From Albugo candida (Eukaryota): a DNA stretch of 64,000 nt. Shown here piece by piece: positions 12,526 to 26,200 of the stretch. The notes under the pieces were generated by a model. It had not been told where the DNA came from. It searched no databases and saw only the letters and a program-made list of their open reading frames with translations. The translations under genes and the position numbers were made by a program. How positions within the stretch are numbered: the first letter of the stretch is position 1; the number at the start of each line of letters is the position of its first letter. The stretch lies in contig JBDOQK010000074.1 in assembly GCA_040437565.1 (NCBI GenBank), positions 62,001 through 126,000 of the forward strand, read 5' to 3'.

Positions 12526-15500
12526 TGTATGCTACTCACCATACTCGAGCATTATCTCCACGAATGCTGTTACCACGTTTTTAGCGTCACTTACATACAC
12601 AACATATCATTCTGACCTATATTTTATTGGTCTGATTCCAATCAGACGTATTTGCCTAACACGCCAGTGCTATCGCCATAAATGTCCAATTCACATTCAC
12701 ATTCACATACCATTCCACTTGAACTTGACCAATTCGAAAGCTAAGCAGAATAAGGATAGTTTTACACATTAAAAAGCTTCTTGTGATTGGAATGCTTCTA
12801 TGCATAGCCAGGTGCTCTGCCCCGCTCATAAATATTTCATCACAATCACCTCTATCCACTGCTCAAGATCGTTTTGCTACATCAATCGTGATTTGCACTT
12901 TGATCTACTAGTGCAGTACACCAAAGAAACTTCATTTGGCACGACAAATCTATGCGTAAAATATTGCTTCGAGTGTCGAGTACAATCCCGGCAATTGGCC
13001 TCACCATCACTATATGTTTCTGAGTACGAGCTGCCTATTCTATGGCGATGTTCAGTTTGGGCTGCGTTGTTGACCGTCTTTCGCTTTTGTCTCTTATCAT
13101 ATTCCGTTGATCAAAAAGCGTGTTTATGGAGTCACTTTGATGCAGCCACGAGAAGGACTTGACGCCAATCTTTGCCCACAACTAAGCTTTGCCTCGATAT
13201 TCAAAGAAGCCCACTGTGAAAGTTAGTGAATCCGTAGTGCATACCTGTACTATGATGTATCCGTGAGCCAAAGTACTAGTGGATTTTTTGCACGAAAGAT
13301 TTGAGTCACCCTTGCCCCTATATTCAACGCAAAAAGGTCAGATAAACACGATCTATTCTTTAGTGGGCGCGCAAAATCCAGCTGCGCGCAAAATAACTGA
13401 CGATCATCATGAATTTTATAAGCCAAGCAATACGGAAGCGTTGATGTAACCCAGAAATGATTACGCAAGTTTGAAGGATAACATGTTTGTTTAGCGAGGT
13501 AATGATGAATCTTCGACAATGCGAGATTTCATGCACTATGTAGCGCCGAACTAGATATTGTGACAACTGTGTTATTTCCATCAATACGGCTGCGAAGTTG
13601 CATTTTATTGACGCCGGAATTACTGCCTTGTCCAAGCAACGTGACCGGCTTCGTCAGCGCAAACACCCACCTACTCTGGATGAGGTATCACTACCCATCA
13701 ACTACATGATAGACCAGCGTGAAGCGACAAAGTTGATGAAATTGAGCTGTCAAGAAATTACAAGCGAGACCACATTGAGCTACTCCTGGAGAACGGGGCT
13801 CGTATTTGGTGATAGAACCACCGCGATGTATTAAATACAGATAAATAAATGTATAGTGGCTCAAACATCCGTGACTTGATGGATCTAGAAAGATGGCATT
13901 GCACGGACAAAATTGATCCAAACATGGAAGAATGCGCAACTGCAGACTTCCTGAGTGGAGATCTGGAAAAATGGACGAACTTGATAACGAGATCGTTGTA
14001 AGAGCTGTAGTTTATACTCTACCTGAGCATTCTGGTCTCGAAAGACAGTTAAATGAGGGCCAAGCGTGCCGAAGTTTGTATGAAAAAGGCAAACGATCTT
14101 AAGCAGATGTTAATTGCATATAGAATACGCCTTATCGGTAGTGAAGGCAACGGTAATGCTCTCCGAAGCGCTGCACATTGATTAATTTTGGCGAGAGACG
14201 TCAAAGCTTATTTGTACAGCCCAGCGGTGAAGGCGATCTTGACATTGATGGTATGTCGTTTTGACAAAACGAAGATGACTTGTTCAATAATTTTGCTTTT
14301 GTTTCTTCGGGGATGCTACCAACCGCTCATGATTGTCAGCAGAGTACTTGTACGTGTGAACTTTTATGATGATAAACTACTTATCATCATAAAAGCTCAC
14401 ACGTACAAGTTCTCTGCCTCTAAACACAGCACCACACTAAAGGCAGATTATGCGGCATGATAGCCGCGTTTGAAAAAGAAATTTGCACAGGGGTAAGGCT
14501 TCCTATCGTCGAATTGATTGATAAAATGATGGAATTTTGCAAAGATCGGATATCAAGACCTGTTGCTAGTGTGGCAGTTACTACACTCTTCACTACACAG
14601 TCGTTCAATTCAAAAATCACTCTCCGCTGGAAGTATATGTGCACTGTACTGCGCGAAAGGTGATGATGATATCTACGGCTCATGTCGGAGACGCTTTCTT
14701 TATGTAACTATTTCCGTCGCTTAGAATATACTGCGAGCTACCAAAGTCATATATGTTCGTGCAAATCGTATTGTTTATACAATTATGTTTTGTGCTGAGC
14801 TGTTTCTCCGAGATGACCAGCTGAATTGCGTTGTATCTATTAAAACTTCACCGCAATATCCAAAACTCGACTATCATGCTCGTCCTCGAGCTCATGTGTG
14901 GATAAAAGACTCTCGAGATCAAGAAGAAGGCTATAGATATATATGTCACTTTAATGAGAGCTGCTTCAAACTTATGTCTCTCCAGATTCCGAACCTGATT
15001 GCGAAAAAAGACTCGGCGCTCTCATTTTACAGTCATCGCGGAGTAATATACATTCATTGAATCAATTCTCAAGAGGCGCATCTCAATTGTTTATAAGACC
15101 AAATATGCGATAGGCTACTGGCGACGAATAACCCTTTCTTTATCCGTTTGTTGAAAAGCTCAAAGTAACCTTCCATATTCTCCGGAACGAGCGCATTTAC
15201 AGAGTTTTATATGATTGAGAAACTGCATGACATGAAGTATTATATTGATTAGGTGACCATAAATGTGATGCTTGTGAAAGTCGTAAATTTGAATTTCTAT
15301 ACGCGGTTCTCACTCCCATTTATTCACGTCATTGAAGGACAGGTTTAGTTCCTTCCCGTCTACTCTGTGTATACCCTCAGTGTAGTGTGAATGATCTTCA
15401 CTCCGACTGATGGAGAAAACCTAGAGCTAGCAAGAAATAGCCAAACCTCTCTTGGGTATTCCGGCTTATCAGATCGCCCCCATTCGAGTAGCATCAACAG

Positions 15501-16869
15501 CCTTTTTACGGCCTTCTTTGTAAAGTCTGCTTAGCGATCCTTTTACACTACCTGTAATTATTCTTGTAATCCGATAAATAAGAAGGTGAGTTTTTAATTC
15601 GTGCCATAGATCCATCAGTATCAGGGCAGGAACATTATCTGATCAAGCCGGGTAAGTGATACATAGTGGTAAGTCAGCTAACAAAAGAATTTACTTGAAC
15701 GATTTGCACAAGTCCATTTTGTATCGGAAAGCTTGAGATTGAGAGGGCGTACCCATTCCGTCAAGATTGCAATTTCGATTCGCAAGCAATCGTAAATACG
15801 CTGCCGGCTCGTCGGTGATCTACGAATATTGCAACATACGGATATTTCAAATTGCCACGTGTTAGCCTAGGTTGATACCGAGGCACTAAGTAGTTAAAAC
15901 CTGATGAAACATAAAAGACTAGAATATTTCTGATTTCATTAACGTGTGTGTAACTTGTATTGATGCGAGAAGAATTCGCAATGTTATTGAAGTAATTGCC
16001 TTTCAGGGAGTTTGTACCTTAGTTCGATTGTATCATGATTGATTACATATAATCCAGATTCCGAGAATGATTGCATAGCACCTTATACTAAAAGACAGCT
16101 AAGCATCCTCTAAATCGAAGTTGTCAAAGTAAAACTTGAACAAGTGGGAATAAAAGAGTTTACTACCCATGTTATTCTAATAAGCAACAGGATCTACCAG
16201 AACTAGCAATTATGATCATTATACTGCTTGAAATGACATTTTGTTTCGAACTGTGAACGAACCTGATGTTACTTTCCAAAGTCATGCCAACATCGGAATA
16301 AGTGTGTGTCTAGATGTCAATATTCCGAATATTGTCACTTTTTCTTAGGGCATGTATGCCGAGTTATCGAATGATTTGACGATTAGATTGTAGTTCACGG
16401 ACTTGAGCAATCTATTCATTCGGCAGTTTTTCCTTAGCCGTAGGAAACATTGGAGTGATATCTTTCCGAAAAAATGAAGTGACTTGTGACTATATCATCA
16501 CTCCGTGATTGATGATGCTTCCTTAGTGTAATGCCGATATGCCAGTACCAAGCAATATTATCCATATGCCTGAGCTTAAATGACCGGTATATTCTTATTG
16601 GGGATTAGGAAAGCACACTACATCTTCTAAACTTATGTGTACGACGACGTCTTCGATTACAAACACGTCACATAGGTGACGATTATACCGTTGCTCCTCG
16701 CAGTTCCAGTCTCCAGTTGATGGAATTCACTCCTATACATTTCATAAATAAACCTATGCCATCGTTAAGTAGTTTCTTGAGATGACAGGTCCCATCTGTT
16801 CGCAGAGCAACGGTCGTTTGGATAATGAAAACAACCGTCAGTTGCAACGTGTCAGCCGATCAACTTAAA

Positions 16870-16885
16870 GCTCACTTTTGATTTG
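16870..16885 (+). promoter_or_regulatory. Inr-FPR-like core promoter
   Basis: GCTCACTTTTGATTTG begins 30 nt upstream of the ATG at 16900. Confidence 0.45.
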
Positions 16886-16899
16886 GTTCGATTGGAAAG

Positions 16900-17511
16900 A
16901 TGCTTAGCACGTGGGATTTTGTTCGGCCGACAGTTTGGCACCCAATGGCGTCACTGGAGCAGTCTTTGATGGATTTGGATTTTATGACGAATACGTTTCT
17001 CGCACCTACCTACCCAACTCGCATCCTTATGGGGTCCATGAGTCGTACTGATGATGATGATTTTTTCAAAGACCTCCCGCAGATGCAAGGGAACAAAAAC
17101 GAACAGAGCCAGACGGGTGAACAAGAGCAGCAGAAGAAAGAAGATCAACAGGGGTATTCTTCATACTCCTATAGCACGTCCTCAATTGTTGATGAAAACG
17201 GTCGTCGCATTTCGAGTTCACGCCGTCGCTATGAAGATTCTACGGGCCGCCTGAAAGCTGTCCACGAACGTGATGTCGATGGAAAGCGGCTTACGACGAT
17301 CTGGAATCGTCCAAAAAAAGATGAAGAAGGAGAACATCGAACAATTTGCTCGTCAGGAAGTCCCGAGGATTTTGAAAAGCTTTGGTCTGAAACAAGTTTC
17401 GGAAAAGCTCATCAGAAAAAACTCGAAGAGGGTGCAAACGCGAATCAAAAGAAACCTGAAGAGAATTTGCAACAGCCACAGGAAAAATCTGGAAGTGAAA
17501 CTGCGCCTTGA
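16900..17511 (+). CDS. Hydrophilic 203-aa protein, myeloid leukemia factor (MLF)-like
   Basis: Clean intronless ATG ORF. It has a Met/Phe/Asp-rich N-terminus, YSSYSYSTSSIV, and RRRYEDSTGRLKAVHER..DFEKLW, which recall the MLF domain. The family call is from memory only. Confidence 0.75.
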   Translation: MLSTWDFVRPTVWHPMASLEQSLMDLDFMTNTFLAPTYPTRILMGSMSRTDDDDFFKDLPQMQGNKNEQSQTGEQEQQKKEDQQGYSSYSYSTSSIVDENGRRISSSRRRYEDSTGRLKAVHERDVDGKRLTTIWNRPKKDEEGEHRTICSSGSPEDFEKLWSETSFGKAHQKKLEEGANANQKKPEENLQQPQEKSGSETAP

Positions 17512-17742
17512 GTAGCCATTTTCTTCTGTGTAATTATGTATTTAAGTAGCGATTTAGGATGCAGTATTCGGTGTATGTAGTACATCTCGTGGCGTGCTGA
17601 GCCATTTTTGTTGTGCATGATAATGACTCCTTAACAGGTTTGATGAGTTTCGACTTATTACATTGTTGATCAGCAACATTATTTTTATGTCGACCCAGTG
17701 GCAACAATAAAATCAGCAAACAGAGAAACTACGCACACGACT

Positions 17743-18477
17743 ATGTTTTTGTCGGTCATTGCGGTTTCACTCTTATTGCTAGCCGTAATTCTTGTTCACG
17801 TGTACTTTCTACCACACTATCTCCTGCGATTCCTCGTCAGTAGGTCAGATCCTTCAGTATTTTGGTGCACGTTTACCTCGGCACGTACTTGCTCCCTCAC
17901 CATTGATGATGCCCCCTCCAATTCCACAAGCGCCATTCTTGATCAACTCAAAAAATTCAAAGTGACCGCAACTTTTTTTATCATTTCAGATCAGATTCCT
18001 GGCCATGAGGAGGTAATGAAGCGGATTGTCGACGAGGGTCATACTCTAGGTAATCACCTCACCGAAGACCGCCCTTCCATCCGGGATAGTCTTGAGACGT
18101 TTGAAGGTAAGATCATGGAGTGTGAAAGCGCCATAATGGAGTACCAGGTAATTGGGAAAGGTAAGCAGATTCACAAAATGAAGTCAAAGTGGCTGCGACC
18201 AGCTTCCGGATGGTTTACATCGGAGATGTTTCGCGTCATCCAGAAGCATGGCTACAGAGTATGTATGGGTAGTGTTTATCCACACGATGCACAGATCAAG
18301 TCTGAGATCATCAATTCATTATACCTCAAATATCGCACAAAGTCTGGCTCCGTCCTGCTGATTCATGATCGCCCATGGACCAGTGGCGTTTTGAAAGACG
18401 CGCTTCCTGACCTCACGTCGAAGTACAAATTCATAAGCGTTGATGAGCTCTACGACATCCATGTAACAAGATCGTGA
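17743..18477 (+). CDS. Carbohydrate esterase family 4 (NodB / polysaccharide deacetylase) with N-terminal hydrophobic anchor
   Basis: Motifs LTIDDAP, ATFFII, EGHTLGNHLTED, WLRPASGW and GSVLLIHD. The N-terminus MFLSVIAVSLLLLAVILVHV is hydrophobic. Confidence 0.9.
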   Translation: MFLSVIAVSLLLLAVILVHVYFLPHYLLRFLVSRSDPSVFWCTFTSARTCSLTIDDAPSNSTSAILDQLKKFKVTATFFIISDQIPGHEEVMKRIVDEGHTLGNHLTEDRPSIRDSLETFEGKIMECESAIMEYQVIGKGKQIHKMKSKWLRPASGWFTSEMFRVIQKHGYRVCMGSVYPHDAQIKSEIINSLYLKYRTKSGSVLLIHDRPWTSGVLKDALPDLTSKYKFISVDELYDIHVTRS

Positions 18478-18755
18478 GCAACTACTCAACTGCATTTCGC
18501 TCGGTATATTTAGATGCAAGTTCCATAGTTCGTGTTCTTCTGCATGTGCAATAATGATGTTGAATGCTTCAGTTGCTCCTACTGAAAAGTGAACCTTCAT
18601 TTTGCTGATTTGATACAATTGTAGCACTGTTGTGCAATACCGTGCAATGAAATGATGAAAGCGAACAACGTATTTAGCTCAACCTCGGCCTTGCGCGTGT
18701 ACGCGACATTACTAAACGGCCAGAAATTGAATTCGCTATAATAGAACGAACTATA

Positions 18756-19501
18756 ATGTCATTCGCCCGTTTCATAAGAAGAAGACCAAGCATGCGATCG
18801 GCGCTCAAACGAGGATGCAGGATGCAACGCGCTTTCAGACCCATTTTCTCAACTCGATCCATTGTTGATAAAAATACTTTGGATCACACCAACGCGCAGA
18901 CTTTTGTACTTGTTATGCTTGAACAAGAAAAGCGACTTCTTAAAGTTATCGATGATGAGACTTATATCTTTTTCTGCCCAATTGATAAAACAAGCATTGG
19001 AATTCTTGTGGAGCAATCATTGGAGACATTACATCAACCTCTATCTCAGTTCCACAGTCTAAGGCATGATCTATATTCACGATACCACGGAGAAGAAAAG
19101 AAAAGAAAAATACAAACGAGTCGCTCAACTGCTGAAGTTGCTGTTTTGGATATGCAGGAGCTACTGATTACTTCGAGTACGATCTCATTACTCATGCCAT
19201 CACAGCGTATTTGACCACATTCGTAGATTTGGATAAGCTAGCCGATGAATCGCTCAATGTCGCGAGTCTTTTCAATCAAAAAGACATAGCTAACGCATCT
19301 GGTCTCTCCCGCGATATCTCATCTGCACTACAAACATGTATCAGTCTGAACGGCAGAATTAAGAAGATCCTTGGAACTCATTATCCAAGATTTTTGCAGG
19401 ATTTACCGCCTGATTTTGGTCGTGTCTTTCCGAAAGCCGATTCGCGCGTTCTAGACGAAGGTTTCCTCACGAATGATTCCGCTGATCATGTCAGAAAGTG
19501 A
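18756..19501 (+). CDS. Hypothetical protein, two frames joined by a putative 29-nt intron
   Basis: ORFs 18756..19214 and 19211..19501 become one frame if GT..AG 19177-19205 is removed. The start codon is uncertain. Confidence 0.5.
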
Positions 19502-20446
19502 GGATTGCATTGATTTATTTATCTAGGATTTCTTGCGTTCTCCCTCTAGAATGCATGTAGTTTACTAGTGTTGTAATAGTAAGAAGTAAAGTTGGTTGTA
19601 ATCTCGATCGATTGCATTTACACGACGTCTTAATTTTTTCTGCTTCGGAGCTGTCATCCATTGCCCTCATTCTTTGTGGTTCCCCTCATCAGATCATCAT
19701 ACCCACTTATTCGACAACACAAATAGCATAATGACTTTTATATCGAGTCGAGGTATATCTAGGAACGGGCTTTTTTCTTCAGTCACTCATGTCGCAACAC
19801 AGCAGGGCGTTCGTACGTCTATGGATTCAATAATCTGGCTGGTACATTTTCAGACTGAATGCGGCCGGTGATTAGTTCGTACAGTTTCTAATGAAATCCT
19901 CCGATTCATCATCGCGACTGAGAGACCAGCTGCGCGAAAAGTATAAATTCAGTGATCTGAACGGGCTGGATCAGCTAACAACTAGATAGCCTTAATAATA
20001 TGTCAACATAGGTACTTCACGTCACTCAAGAGACGAAATGAGAAATCTTTCTCGTCTATTCATCGATTCGTCAGAGGTTCCAGACAGGGCAGGCAGTACC
20101 ACCATCAATCAGAAAGCGGTCGTCATTCACGTGTCCAAATTCAGTAACGGCTCTTAATGAGCATCAACGTCGCACTTCCACCATTCAGGAGCAAAACTGT
20201 GTCGGGACTCAAAGCAAAATTCGTTCATTCGTTGCTTGACGTGGGCAGTCTCTAGTCATAGTTGATTCGGTCGAGCGACACTCAAACCCAATTGCGTTCC
20301 AAAAGTTGATAGTACTGAAGGCTAAAGAGACATAATTGGCGTGCTCGATTTGACTTTTTACAGCCGTACGTTGCACTCGAGAGCATCATGATTTTTATTG
20401 GAGTTGATGCATCCATTATCTGATTGGTTCACTTCTTCTGAAAATT

Positions 20447-21676
20447 ATGGCGTGGTGCGATACCATCCAGAATTTCGATACAATCCAGACAGCGGATTGT
20501 GTAGAAGCCTGCCCAATCTATGGCCATGAGGCCACAATGATCGTGGCAACGTATCAGCTTAATACAAATACTTGCAGCGATGAAAACATGTCAATAGGTG
20601 GAGTTCATCCTTCTCGATCGGGAACTTTGCAACATTACCGTATACTTACGAATGAGTCCGACACGCATGGTGCTACCCAAGTGGTAAAAGTACAGCATGT
20701 TGAAGTAGGTTCTGGCGTCTTCGATGCAAAATGGTCCTCTTCTATATTACATGAAGATCCCGTTCTTGCTCTTGCAACTTCGAACGGAAGCGTGCAATTC
20801 TACGCATTGGCAGAGACAATTGAGGCAGGAAAGAGAGCTGACTCGCTGAAAAAATTGTCATGGGAAGTCGGTATGCATAAAGAAAAGGTAATGCATCCAC
20901 CATATTTCTGACAAAATCTCATCAGTGATGTGTCCCCGTAATAAGAAAAAGATAAATCGGAACTCGATGTGCCTATCGCTCGATTGGAGTAATCGCGCTA
21001 TTGAGTCAACGACTCCGTCCATCTGTTCCAGCTATTCAGACGGGTACTACTTGGAAAGAATGCCTCATATCAATTTTAAATGTATCACGTAGAAAGGTAG
21101 CCGTTTGGCAAATAACAAATCAATGCATCTCACTGGAATCGGAGGTATCAAATTCAAGCATTAAGTCGTCTAGACCTACTAAGTGATGCTTGCTGGTTAC
21201 CCTATATAGTGGCAAGGGCACGATTTGCATGGAGCTGCCATCGAGACTTGGATATCTGCATACGATTGCTTCGATACGAATACAATCCTAACAGGTGCCG
21301 ACGATTGTACCTTCAAAGGATGGGACAAACGGTCAACAAAGTGCCCGACATTCATTAGTAGATATCACAAGATGGGAGTGTGTAGTATTCAGTACCACCC
21401 TAGAATCGAGCATTTATGTGCAGTTGGAAGCTATGACGAGCTAATCACATTATGGGACAAACGACAAATGAAAAAACCTATCTCGGAGTACCACGCTGGT
21501 GGTGGCGTATGGAGACTAAAATGGCATCCTCATCTGCAGGTTCGTGACCAAGTCTTTTGTATGAACTTTGCATATTAATGGCTCGCGTTCCTCAGAATTT
21601 CTTGCTAGCTGCTTGCATGCATAACGGGTTCCAGATCGTGTCCAGTAATTTAGGTTCACTCCTAACAACACATGCT
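20447..21676 (+). CDS. DPH7: Partial duplicate of DPH7/WDR85 ending at an N gap (probable assembly overlap)
   Basis: Appears identical, including introns and upstream DNA, to the copy starting at 21910. Confidence 0.6.
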
Positions 21677-21881
21677 NNNNNNNNNNNNNNNNNNNNNNNN
21701 NNNNNNNNNNNNNNNNNNNNNNNNNNNNNNNNNNNNNNNNNNNNNNNNNNNNNNNNNNNNNNNNNNNNNNNNNNNNACTGAAGGCTAAAGAGACATAATT
21801 GGCGTGCTCGATTTGACTTTTTACAGCCGTACGTTGCACTCGAGAGCATCATGATTTTTATTGGAGTTGATGCATCCATTA

Positions 21882-21900
21882 TCTGATTGGTTCACTTCTT
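21882..21900 (+). promoter_or_regulatory. CCAAT box (reverse) plus Inr-like motif of DPH7
   Basis: TCTGATTGG followed by TTCACTTC just upstream of the ATG at 21910. Confidence 0.4.
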
Positions 21901-21909
21901 CTGAAAATT

Positions 21910-23274
21910 ATGGCGTGGTGCGATACCATCCAGAATTTCGATACAATCCAGACAGCGGATTGTGTAGAAGCCTGCCCAATCTATGGCCATGAGGCCACAA
22001 TGATCGTGGCAACGTATCAGCTTAATACAAATACTTGCAGCGATGAAAACATGTCAATAGGTGGAGTTCATCCTTCTCGATCGGGAACTTTGCAACATTA
22101 CCGTATACTTACGAATGAGTCCGACACGCATGGTGCTACCCAAGTGGTAAAAGTACAGCATGTTGAAGTAGGTTCTGGCGTCTTCGATGCAAAATGGTCC
22201 TCTTCTATATTACATGAAGATCCCGTTCTTGCTCTTGCAACTTCGAACGGAAGCGTGCAATTCTACGCATTGGCAGAGACAATTGAGGCAGGAAAGAGAG
22301 CTGACTCGCTGAAAAAATTGTCATGGGAAGTCGGTATGCATAAAGAAAAGGTAATGCATCCACCATATTTCTGACAAAATCTCATCAGTGATGTGTCCCC
22401 GTAATAAGAAAAAGATAAATCGGAACTCGATGTGCCTATCGCTCGATTGGAGTAATCGCGCTATTGAGTCAACGACTCCGTCCATCTGTTCCAGCTATTC
22501 AGACGGGTACTACTTGGAAAGAATGCCTCATATCAATTTTAAATGTATCACGTAGAAAGGTAGCCGTTTGGCAAATAACAAATCAATGCATCTCACTGGA
22601 ATCGGAGGTATCAAATTCAAGCATTAAGTCGTCTAGACCTACTAAGTGATGCTTGCTGGTTACCCTATATAGTGGCAAGGGCACGATTTGCATGGAGCTG
22701 CCATCGAGACTTGGATATCTGCATACGATTGCTTCGATACGAATACAATCCTAACAGGTGCCGACGATTGTACCTTCAAAGGATGGGACAAACGGTCAAC
22801 AAAGTGCCCGACATTCATTAGTAGATATCACAAGATGGGAGTGTGTAGTATTCAGTACCACCCTAGAATCGAGCATTTATGTGCAGTTGGAAGCTATGAC
22901 GAGCTAATCACATTATGGGACAAACGACAAATGAAAAAACCTATCTCGGAGTACCACGCTGGTGGTGGCGTATGGAGACTAAAATGGCATCCTCATCTGC
23001 AGGTTCGTGACCAAGTCTTTTGTATGAACTTTGCATATTAATGGCTCGCGTTCCTCAGAATTTCTTGCTAGCTGCTTGCATGCATAACGGGTTCCAGATC
23101 GTGTCCAGTAATTTAGGTTCACTCCTAACAACACATGCTCATTACACAAAGCATGAATCTTTAGCCTATGGGGTTGACTGGTGGTATTGTAAAAAGTCAT
23201 CAGCAAAGTACCACACAGTTGGATCGTGTTCCTTTTACGATAAGAAATTCCATTTATGGCGCTGTACTATTTGA
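21910..23274 (+). CDS. DPH7: Diphthamide biosynthesis WD40 protein DPH7/WDR85 (RRT2), 5 exons
   Basis: Motifs DTIQTADCVEACP, GVFDAKW, MCLSLDWS, TGADDC.FKGWD, AVGSYDE..LWDKR, GGGVWRLKWHP, LAACMHNGF, HESLAYGVDW and SCSFYD. Four short GT-AG introns, the first at 22351-22408. Confidence 0.9.
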
Positions 23275-26200
23275 GGCTACTGAGTCAAATCTGAGATTCT
23301 ATTACTCTATAGGCAACCTAAAGACCATTGCCAAGCTTTTTATACAAATCTCATTGCTTAACAGACCAGTCAAGCCATTTCCCTTGTACCCCTTCTGATC
23401 CTTTAGCATAAGCATTAGAAATTACGACTCGGTTTGTTGCGAAGAGTGCCGGGCCTCTCTACCAAGAAAAGCTTGATTGAACGCGGTGATTGATGTATAG
23501 AGTAATAACACAAAAAGAAAACCGCCAATAAACATCGCGCGAGCTTTAAGTGAGACATTTAAGGATCGTAAAATAGTCTTTTTCCAAAACAATTCACGAC
23601 GTAGAAAGACGAAACAGAATGTGAGACTTTGGCTCGTCAGACAAGCCTTCGAAGTTGTAGGTTTTTTGTAATGTATACGCGCAGTTACAGTGACTACATG
23701 GCCGTAGCACTTTTGTACACGATTCTTGGTTGAGTGTATATCGATTTATCTTCCTAGTGATGATTCAAACAGCAACTATTAGCGCTGTTGATTTTTTTTG
23801 GGTGGGATTGTGAATTTCAGATTCTCTTTATTAAAAGAAGAATCTATATGGTCTAGTGCTGCGTGAAAATGAGCATCTACTTGCTCCCAACTGGGTGAAA
23901 CGTTCTTCAGGAGACTGCCTGACGTGGCTCGGATTTGTGCATTTTCAGCTACATCTCGGTGTATCGAAAGTCCAGCTGCAATCACTTGTTACTGATGAGC
24001 GATCGTAGTTCGGACCGTCAGCTACTGGTACGGATACGTAAAAACTGATTAAACGAATGGGTGGGACAAAAGCATCTTCTTTATTGAATATAGTTCTATT
24101 TGTAGAGATTGCAGGAAAAAAGGGGTAATCAAATTGCCATTTGTTAATGCCTTAAATTGAAACATGCATATGTCATGCCACAAACAGTTTGCAAGACGAC
24201 AAAACATAGGGACATCATATAGTAGATCTCCACGTCGCCTTTCTGGAATGCCATGTCGTCGACAAGTCAATTGTGATCTTATCGTGTTGCAATCTCAAAA
24301 TGATGTCGATAAATGAGTTCATTGGACTTTGTTTCCTGAGGTTTGATGAGTGGAACACACAGGAGAAGCTAACAAACTCAAGAGTAGCGGATGTTGAACC
24401 GGGAACATTTTATAATCATGTTGAACACGTAGATCAGATCTTCTAGCTCCCATCTACGTCAGCACATTTAGCCCGATTTTGAATACGAAGATTGACTTGA
24501 AAGCCATGACTGTAGATACAAAAATACCAAGATGAGAGAATCTCGTGAGCTTTTGAGTGCATAGAAAAGGAAGCGTTTGCCCTGGTGGGCGAAACTTGTG
24601 AGCGATAATATAAGTGTATTCTACGCGCAGCGACCAGAATTGACTTTGCCATCTCCCGAAACGCCCTCTTGGACGAAATCTTGACTAAAAAACAGAAAGT
24701 GTATGTCCGTTCTCACAATTTCAAATGGATGTGCTCAAAATACATGCCCCTTATATGCAAAAATGTGGAATCAAAATGATGCTGTAACACTAATTCACAG
24801 ATGCGGAATAGTCTTTCCGAAGCGGAGTATTAGTATGGTAGCACCAGCCGCTCCTGTGAGATCGATCAGATGAGGTGTTCGCCCTTATCGAAGTGCACAA
24901 TTGATTTTGTGTATCGTACTGTTATCTCTTGTACACAAATTGGAAAGATGAGTCTTTGGATCAGTGAACGTTATAGACGGTGGAGGTTTCTTTGACCATT
25001 TTGGCCTTTATACTCACGACAAAACTCGTTTGATGATCTTTCAGAGAACACTGGCGCCCCTATCAGAGTAGAAGCAGATTGTGGACATGATTGAAGGAAT
25101 GCTCCGTGCAGATCCAACAGTTCTGAGATGATCAGGCAGATTGATTGCTTCAAAATTCGGAATGTTTCTTACGCGATTAGTGTACCCATCTAAACGCTTT
25201 GTAATGTCGTAGCGTTCGGCATCACAGCGATGTGTATCAAAGCACAATAAAGCCACAAACAATATTAGAGAGCAAGAGACGACGCCTACAACACTGCCTG
25301 TACGAAATTAATAAGATGAGAGGGCAGATGAACCGTTTGTATCCGAGCTCATGTATCACCTTCGAGTTTCCGAGAACGTGATAGACGAAGTGGGCTCGCA
25401 GTAATTCAACTCTATCAAATAGCTACACATGAAGAACCCTTCAACCCGTGATTCTAAGAGCAAGTGGGCTTCGAAAATTTGCTGTGATCGAAGTGTATGG
25501 TCTTTTCTTGTTACCTTCACAAAACAAATAGAAAACAGAAAATTTATATCTCGGCGCAGTTACCGTTTACCAATCTCAGCGACCTCGTTGGCATTTGCTC
25601 ATTGTGTAAGTACAGATCATTCTTATGCGCAGATCCTTGTCGACAGTAGCAAGTTTCAAATATATTATCTTCAAGTGATACGTCTCCAGCACTTGATGCA
25701 AATTGCATTTAGTAGAGTGACTGCGGCGAGCAAAATACGCTGCCACTTGATGTGAACTTCACTTTCTACGACAATAAAAGTCGCCAAGGAATTATGCAGC
25801 AAGAACCTGTGTCCATGCTGCGATGTGTGCCGCCCGATAATTAAGATACAAGCATAAAAGGACCCCGATTCTATTGATTGACTCACTCTATGTGGCAATG
25901 AGGAAGTGTCCGATCTATTGCGCTTAGAATACTGGCAGTTGCTTTCTTACGTCGCAAAGCCATCAGGAAATTGACAGAATGAACATAAAAATTACGTATG
26001 CAACCAATGATGTGAACAAATTGGCTTTGATTCCCTAGCCAGTTCTATGGCGTATAGAAATATGTAAGGGGCTACAAAAGAATCAAGAAGCTGTGTGTCA
26101 AGACGGCGCTTGCATTTATGCCATGCTTTAGGCGTCCTGATAACAAACGACCAGGTTTATAAATTGAGTGAGCTGATATGGAGACATAGCAATTAGCAAA

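Noticed and set aside
20313..23138. Tandem duplication of DPH7
   Set aside because: The copies look identical and abut a 100-N gap, the pattern of unmerged contig overlaps.
23779..23985. Short minus-strand ORF (IAAGLSIHRDV..)
   Set aside because: No ATG or convincing exon structure, and no recognisable domain.
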